From: Nitrospirota bacterium
GTDB lineage: Bacteria > Nitrospirota > Nitrospiria > SBBL01 > JAADHI01
Direction of reading: 5' to 3'
DNA length: 64,000 bases
NCBI GenBank assembly: GCA_029261215.1
Contig: JAJDBT010000096.1
Location: 2,366-66,365, forward strand
The notes under the pieces are model-generated. The model did no database searches and was not told the DNA's origin. It saw only the letters and a program-made list of their open reading frames with translations. The translations under genes were made by a program, and so were the position numbers. This document shows, piece after piece, positions 58,611 through 64,000 of the stretch (the stretch's first letter is position 1; each line of letters starts with the position of its first letter).

Positions 58611-58879
58611 TATCCAAATAGGACTTAGGTCAAGGACTTTGCGACCCTTTTCTTTCAAAAAGGTTAGCCATTATCGTTGGCGTTGCGTTCTTGAGTTCTC
58701 ACAAATAAATATAGCGCTTATTTATAAATTGTCAAGATTATCAAAAATAAAGTAACTAAAATGAAGTTTTATAGAAATGAATGGGAAGCCAGAAAAAAAT
58801 CTAAAAATAAATCTTTTTAAATTCAAGTAGTTAGAAGAGCATATTCAGAAATGAACACAGAAGAAGATATTGAGTGGCA

Positions 58880-58923
58880 GATATAAAAAAAGGGAAACCG
58901 TTTGGTTTCCCTTTTTTTATATC
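58880..58923. terminator. Bidirectional intrinsic terminator
   Basis: Perfect 20-bp arms (gatataaaaaaagggaaacc / ggtttccctttttttatatc) with loop gttt. The GC core is flanked by A/T runs on both strands. It lies 21 nt downstream of the cytochrome c gene stop. Confidence 0.75.
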
Positions 58924-58943
58924 TTTATGTTGATATGAAGCGA

Positions 58944-59393
58944 CTATCTTTTCCCCAGACTTCGTTCATACAACAGAACCAACCATGCCTCATCGTCAGT
59001 AATAACGCTTCCAACCATCGGCATCATCGCGGTACCCGGGATTCCTTTTTTGATCACCCAAAATAACTCGCCATCAGTCCTCATTGTATGAAATCCGGCA
59101 TTTGTAAAATTCCGAGGAGAAGGATCAAGCCCTGGTGCGGCTAAGCCATCCCCTCTTCCTTCTTTGCCGTGACAGGTAAAACAAGTGGCCTTTGTTTGAT
59201 AAAGCTCTTTGCCCTTTTCAATGTTCTCTGAAGACGGGCTAAAGGGATTCTTTAAGGCCTGGATCTCATTCAACCTCTCTGCAGGTACCCGCTTCTTTGC
59301 CAAATCCGACTCAGCAGCAAAAGCCAAGGTGGAAACTGCTAAAATAAGCATCACCTGAGAGATCTGTCTTAAGAAAATCAACACAATAAACAA
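58944..59393 (-). CDS. Monohaem c-type cytochrome
   Basis: Signal peptide, a CFTCHG haem-binding site, and a distal Met region GTAMMPM. It is a paralogue of the upstream gene. The start is uncertain (TTG 59393 or ATG 59351). Confidence 0.8.
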   Translation of the reverse strand: MFIVLIFLRQISQVMLILAVSTLAFAAESDLAKKRVPAERLNEIQALKNPFSPSSENIEKGKELYQTKATCFTCHGKEGRGDGLAAPGLDPSPRNFTNAGFHTMRTDGELFWVIKKGIPGTAMMPMVGSVITDDEAWLVLLYERSLGKR

Positions 59394-59396
59394 TAC

Positions 59397-59840
59397 TTAT
59401 TTTACGTCGTGAAGGCTTCTTTCATAAACGATAATCAATGCGGCTTCTTCACTGGTAATGATTCCAGGTGCATAGGAGATCATTCCTGTCCCTTCAATAC
59501 CGTTGTGAATCACATAGTTAAATTCACCATCGGACTTTTTCTTTAAACCAGGATTGTGAAAATTTCTTGGTGCGGGATCCAGTGCGGCACCGGCAACACC
59601 ATCTCCACGTCCTTCATTGCCGTGACAGGTAAAACAAGTGGCTTTTCCTGTGAAAAGCTCTTTTCCTTTGGCAATGTTGGCAGGGGTCGATTTAACTGGG
59701 TTTACCCATTCTTTAGCTTCTTCCATATCGTCAGCAGGAACGCGGGGTGCTAATGGATCTTTCTCCGCTGCCATACCAACAACACTCATTCCAAATACTG
59801 ATGCAGCTACAAATGTTAAAATAAGCTTACCAAATTTCAT
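59397..59840 (-). CDS. Monohaem c-type cytochrome
   Basis: Signal peptide MKFGKLILTFVAASVFGMSVVGMA, a CFTCHG motif, and GTGMISY. Confidence 0.85.
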   Translation of the reverse strand: MKFGKLILTFVAASVFGMSVVGMAAEKDPLAPRVPADDMEEAKEWVNPVKSTPANIAKGKELFTGKATCFTCHGNEGRGDGVAGAALDPAPRNFHNPGLKKKSDGEFNYVIHNGIEGTGMISYAPGIITSEEAALIIVYERSLHDVK

Positions 59841-60089
59841 TTATACCTCCGCCTTTTCTAAATAATCTCGTTTAAGATGCGCTTATTGTAGTTAAATTCG
59901 GCTATCCTTCTGGAGTGAATCCTCTTCCCAAAAGAAACCTAATATTAGACTCAATCTAACCGCTACAGTTCCCAGGTTAATCATCCAGACTTTCCTTCAG
60001 CTCCGTTTGAGTTGAAAGAATAAGTCTATCCGGGATAGCGACGGACACTATATATAGAGATTTACAAAACTGTCAAGTCTTTTTTTAAG

Positions 60090-60119
60090 TTGACACCCCA
60101 ATTACACCTTCAGTAATAT
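60090..60119 (+). promoter_or_regulatory. Sigma-70-like promoter candidate for the FGE-family gene
   Basis: TTGACA (60090-60095), an 18-nt spacer, then TAATAT (60114-60119). It lies 33 nt upstream of ATG 60152. Confidence 0.35.
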
Positions 60120-60151
60120 AAGCCCACTTTTGACTGAGATATCCATAACTT

Positions 60152-60967
60152 ATGAAAAAAACGATATTATTTCTATTTATCCTTTTTATTCCCTTGATCT
60201 CAGGATGTTTTCGACGAACGCCAGCGCCAGAAGGAATGGTTGCAATTCCCGCAGGAGAATTCATGATGGGAACCGATGCCGTTGATGAAAAAAATCTCGC
60301 CGCAGAACATGGCATTGTAAAACCCTGGTTTGTCGATGAAAACCCCGCACACAAAGTATATCTCCCTCTCTACTATATTGATCAGTACGAAGTCTCGAAC
60401 ACACAATATGCCAAGTTCATTCTCGCGACAAAACAGGCGCCGCCCCCATATTGGGAAAAAGGCTCATATGCGAGTGGCACAGCATCCTACCCAGTAGTCA
60501 TGGTTCAATGGGGAGAAGCCCAAGCCTATTGCCAGTTTAAAGGGGGGCGACTCCCCAGCGAAGCCGAATGGGAGAAAGCCGCTAAAGGAACGGACAACCT
60601 GCCCTACCCTTGGGGGATGGATTTTGATCAAAAAAAAGCAAATGTTGGCGGTTTTGCAGGGGACTTGACATTGCCCGGGACATACCCGAACGGGAAAAGT
60701 CCTTATGGCGTCTATGATCTGATTGGAAATGTCTGGGAATGGACTTCAGACTGGTATCAAGCCTACCCAGGGAATACCTATCAAAGTGACCGTTTTGGTA
60801 AAAAGCTCAAAGTGATCAGAGGAAATTCATGGTCTTCCATCGGCCATTACCCTGAAGAAATACAACACGAACTACTCAAATATCACTCCACAACAACCTT
60901 TCGACTCTTTGCCCCGCCTGACGCCAACATCAGCGATGTCGGCTTTCGTTGCATGCGGCCCGCTTGA
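60152..60967 (+). CDS. Formylglycine-generating-enzyme (SUMF1/EgtB/PvdO) family lipoprotein
   Basis: Lipobox LISGC, plus the motifs GGRLPSEAEWEKAAKG, GNVWEWTSDWY and RGNSW. Confidence 0.85.
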   Translation: MKKTILFLFILFIPLISGCFRRTPAPEGMVAIPAGEFMMGTDAVDEKNLAAEHGIVKPWFVDENPAHKVYLPLYYIDQYEVSNTQYAKFILATKQAPPPYWEKGSYASGTASYPVVMVQWGEAQAYCQFKGGRLPSEAEWEKAAKGTDNLPYPWGMDFDQKKANVGGFAGDLTLPGTYPNGKSPYGVYDLIGNVWEWTSDWYQAYPGNTYQSDRFGKKLKVIRGNSWSSIGHYPEEIQHELLKYHSTTTFRLFAPPDANISDVGFRCMRPA

Positions 60968-60979
60968 AAGACTTTGTGA

Positions 60980-62476
60980 ATGGTTCCACTTAAGACCGGA
61001 CCATGTCTCATCAAAAGCATTCCCGCAAACACGGTCTCACCCATTGCCCTGGCAAAAAAAATAGATTGGCCTGAGTTATCCTTTCTTTTTAGTGGATCAA
61101 CAGGCGGATGGTTCGATGGGGATTATTCCCTCTTGGGCGGTCTGCCCTTTGGCCGCTTTCAGAGCAAAGGGACCCATAGTCGTTTTGATCATCTGAGCTC
61201 CCGGGAAGCACACCCCACACATGACACAGGAAACCCTTTGGATTCATTACAAAGCTGGCTCAATCTATTTAAAATACCAGAATCAGCCGTGCTGAACCCT
61301 TTAAAGAATCTTCCCTTTCCCCTTGGTGGCGCTGTCGGATATTTCAGCTATGAACTGGCGCATCAGCTTGAGAACATTCCAGAGACACAGAATGACTTCA
61401 ATTTTCCTGACATTGATCTGCTATTCATCAATTTTTATATCATCATGGATCACAAAAAAAACCTCATTCATCTCATCTACAATCCTTTCCCAGAGATTCA
61501 AATGGGAAACACACAGGCACACGCTTTTCTAAAGGGACACAAATTGCTCGCCCAAACAGAAGAAAAAATAAAAGCGGCGCAAGAAACTCAAACGGCTCTG
61601 CACGAAGGACCTAATGAGGATTGGGAGGTTCGCGCAACGACAGCGTGTTCCAGCGAAACATACCAAAACATGGTAAGACGGGCTAAAGGCTACATTGCAG
61701 AGGGAGATATTTTTCAGGCCAACCTCTCACATCAATTCAGCGCCCCCTGCCCCTTTAAGTCCCTTTTTGAACTTTACAGCCGTTTGTATCAAATCAATCC
61801 TTCTCCCTTCTCATGTTATCTTGACTTTGGTGAAGTCCAAATTGCCTCGGCTTCCCCCGAACGGCTTGTGCGCATTCAAAACAAGCAGGGCAAGAGAATC
61901 GTCGATACCCGGCCCATTGCAGGCACCCGGCCACGTGGAAGCGACCCATCTCAAGACAATGACCTTGTCACTTCACTGTATGAAAGTGAAAAAGAGCGGG
62001 CGGAACATTTAATGCTCGTTGACCTGGAACGAAACGACCTCGGAAAAGTCTGCAAATACGGATCGATCTCCGTAAATGCCCTGATGGCCCTGGAGAAATA
62101 CTCCCACGTTTCTCACCTCGTCTCCGATATTCAGGGAGAACTCGCCGATGGGGTGACCCCGCTTCAAGTCCTCAAAGCCCTGTTTCCCGGCGGAACCATC
62201 ACCGGGGTACCCAAAGTACGCTGCATGGAGATCATCTCGGAGCTCGAACAAAAAGCCCGGGGCATATACACCGGGGCCATTGGATACATTGGGTTTGATG
62301 GAGAAATGGATTTAAATATTGCCATTCGCACTTGGGTACGAAAAAAGGATAAAATGATGTTTCAGGTGGGTGCCGGGATCGTCGCGGATTCCGATCCGAA
62401 AAAGGAATATCAGGAAACCCTTCAGAAAGCCGCTGCCCTGATGGAAGCGTTAAAGCCTGTTCAACAAAAAGGATAA
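60980..62476 (+). CDS. pabB: Aminodeoxychorismate synthase component I (chorismate-utilising enzyme family)
   Basis: GDIFQANLS, SPERL, PGGTITGVPK and GIYTGAIGY motifs. The PabB call rather than TrpE rests on the adjacent pabC-like gene. Confidence 0.8.
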   Translation: MVPLKTGPCLIKSIPANTVSPIALAKKIDWPELSFLFSGSTGGWFDGDYSLLGGLPFGRFQSKGTHSRFDHLSSREAHPTHDTGNPLDSLQSWLNLFKIPESAVLNPLKNLPFPLGGAVGYFSYELAHQLENIPETQNDFNFPDIDLLFINFYIIMDHKKNLIHLIYNPFPEIQMGNTQAHAFLKGHKLLAQTEEKIKAAQETQTALHEGPNEDWEVRATTACSSETYQNMVRRAKGYIAEGDIFQANLSHQFSAPCPFKSLFELYSRLYQINPSPFSCYLDFGEVQIASASPERLVRIQNKQGKRIVDTRPIAGTRPRGSDPSQDNDLVTSLYESEKERAEHLMLVDLERNDLGKVCKYGSISVNALMALEKYSHVSHLVSDIQGELADGVTPLQVLKALFPGGTITGVPKVRCMEIISELEQKARGIYTGAIGYIGFDGEMDLNIAIRTWVRKKDKMMFQVGAGIVADSDPKKEYQETLQKAAALMEALKPVQQKG

Positions 62477-62484
62477 TTACTCCG

Positions 62485-63360
62485 ATGTGGGTTTTTCTCA
62501 ATGATCGATTTGTGCCGGAAGAAGACGCCAAGATCTCCGTTTTTGATCATGGGTTTCTTTACGGGGACGGACTTTTTGAAACTTTTCGGGCCTACAAAGG
62601 GCGAATATTCGCCCTTTCACAACATCTAAACCGTTTTTCAAGGTCGGCAGAACAACTTCACTTGGCGATTCCCCCCTTCTCCTTACTTGAGGCACGCCTC
62701 AAAGAAACCCTTGAACGGAATCAACTGAAAGATGCCGTATTACGCCTCACTTTTACACGTGGTGAAAACCGGCATCCTCTCCGTCCCGACCTGTGCACCC
62801 AGGGCACCTGGGTGATTACTGCACGGCCTTTTTCGGGACTTGACCCAGAACTATACAAACACGGTGTTTCAGCCAACATCGTCACCACACGGCGTGCAAC
62901 TCCGACCGGCACCGGCCCCTTCATTAAATCCCTTAATTTCCTAAATAATGTTTTGGCAAAACTTGAAATCGATCCGGAGCAGATCTTTGAAGGCCTATTT
63001 CTCAATCAGCAAGGTTATCTCTCGGAAGGCGCGAGCAGTAATCTGTTCTGGATAAAAAACAACATCCTTTTTACCCCGTCTATCGAGGCGACCATTCTGG
63101 AGGGGGTGACACGCGATGCCATTTGTACCTTGGCTAAAACAAACGGACTGATTGTTGAGGAGGGCCTGTATCTGCCCGAAGCACTGTTGTTTTCAGATGA
63201 AGCCTTTCTGAGCAATACAGGTATTGAAATCATGCCCCTCATTCAGATTTCGGGTCAAAAGATCGGTTCTGGCAAACCAGGGCGCACCACACAGATCCTT
63301 CATCAGGCTTTTCAAAAATGGGTCGCAGACAAAACAGAACCCGAAACAATCCCGTTTTAA
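62485..63360 (+). CDS. pabC: Aminodeoxychorismate lyase / class IV aminotransferase
   Basis: FDHGFLYGDGLFETFRAY, IKSLNFL and ILEGVTR motifs of the fold-type IV PLP family. Confidence 0.75.
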   Translation: MWVFLNDRFVPEEDAKISVFDHGFLYGDGLFETFRAYKGRIFALSQHLNRFSRSAEQLHLAIPPFSLLEARLKETLERNQLKDAVLRLTFTRGENRHPLRPDLCTQGTWVITARPFSGLDPELYKHGVSANIVTTRRATPTGTGPFIKSLNFLNNVLAKLEIDPEQIFEGLFLNQQGYLSEGASSNLFWIKNNILFTPSIEATILEGVTRDAICTLAKTNGLIVEEGLYLPEALLFSDEAFLSNTGIEIMPLIQISGQKIGSGKPGRTTQILHQAFQKWVADKTEPETIPF

Positions 63361-63410
63361 ATAGAAGCACCATAATGAACAACACTTAAACAACACAGAG
63401 GAAATACACC

Positions 63411-64000
63411 ATGCCTTTCGGATGCCTTCCACTGATTCTATTTCTTGGCTTTCTTTTTTTATTGCCGATGTTTTTTGCGGACATGATGATGCTGGCGATG
63501 AGCAAACTCGGCTTTACGCCGGGCGCATCCTTGTTGCTCGTCGTCGGAATCTTTATCGGCGGCATGATCAACATTCCTGTCAAACAAATCAAGCGGAGGG
63601 AAACGATAGAAACTGATTCTTCGATGTACCTGGGCCTCGAGCGGTTATTTCCAAAAAAATCACGTCCTTTCGATACTGTGATTGCCCTGAATCTCGGCGG
63701 TTGTATTATTCCTTGCATTATCGTGATTTATGAAATGAGGCTTCTGGGCCGTATAGGATTTGAAGCGCTCGGACTCACCCTGCTTTCTGTTGTAATCAAC
63801 ATCTACCTCTGTTATCGATTCGCCCGCCCCACACCCGGCAGGGGAATCACCCTGCCCGCCCTCGTACCGGCCCTGGCAGCCGTCTTCTGTGCATGGATTT
63901 TTCTGCCTGCCAGCGCACCCCCTGCAGCCTTTGTCGCCGGGGTGTTAGGGCCTCTCATTGGCGCAGATCTTTTGCATTTAAAGAAAATGACCCAAATCAC
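63411..64000 (+). CDS. Polytopic membrane protein, possibly DUF1614-like (3' partial, runs off the window)
   Basis: I translated from ATG 63411 and the frame stays open to the window end. It is absent from the ORF track because no stop lies in the window. Hydrophobic segments (LILFLGFLFLLPMFF, LLLVVGIFIGGMINIP, LNLGGCIIPCIIVIYE) are present. The family call is tentative. Confidence 0.6.
   Translation, partial: MPFGCLPLILFLGFLFLLPMFFADMMMLAMSKLGFTPGASLLLVVGIFIGGMINIPVKQIKRRETIETDSSMYLGLERLFPKKSRPFDTVIALNLGGCIIPCIIVIYEMRLLGRIGFEALGLTLLSVVINIYLCYRFARPTPGRGITLPALVPALAAVFCAWIFLPASAPPAAFVAGVLGPLIGADLLHLKKMTQI

Overview
This 64-kb window looks like a chromosomal segment of a Gram-negative, probably uncultivated bacterium. 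Gene density is high and most genes are on the minus strand. I found no rRNA, CRISPR array, transposase, integrase or phage genes. Lineage cannot be assigned from sequence alone. From left to right the window holds: a geranylgeranyl-reductase-family gene and ligA; a ~16-kb signalling supercluster at 3.8-20.1 kb; a five-subunit 2-oxoacid:ferredoxin oxidoreductase operon; tRNA-Leu(UAA); dgkA next to a large carrier-domain/acyl-AMP-ligase/acyltransferase fusion; an SLC13-type permease, a tandem Usp protein, a 29-aa bS22-like micro-ORF missing from the ORF track, and apbC; envelope and polysaccharide genes; a GlcD-GlcF fusion oxidase; a dCache histidine kinase with its response regulator; an orphan Gly-rich secreted protein; an HME-RND efflux locus; yacG (also missing from the track), DUF3108, an HD hydrolase and mltB; an archaic (SCPU/Csu-type) chaperone-usher pilus operon next to a sigma-54 activator; two tandem c-type cytochromes; an FGE-family lipoprotein; pabB-pabC; and a partial membrane protein. 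The supercluster contains two PATAN/DUF4388 proteins, a CheY, a coiled-coil GAF protein, a Frz-like cheW-cheA(REC)-cheB-cheW-cheR(TPR) operon with no chemoreceptor gene, PilZ, a GGEEF cyclase, a response regulator, meaB, and a small-ORF-mglB-mglA unit. The efflux locus has REP-like hairpins inside the czcB-czcA spacer and an apparently truncated outer-membrane-factor gene. The best candidate for an undescribed system is the receptor-less Frz-like chemosensory operon, which is physically coupled to PATAN/GAF proteins, a c-di-GMP writer/reader pair behind a sigma-54-type promoter, and MglA/MglB. Its novelty cannot be established without database searches. All functional calls come from motif recognition by eye.
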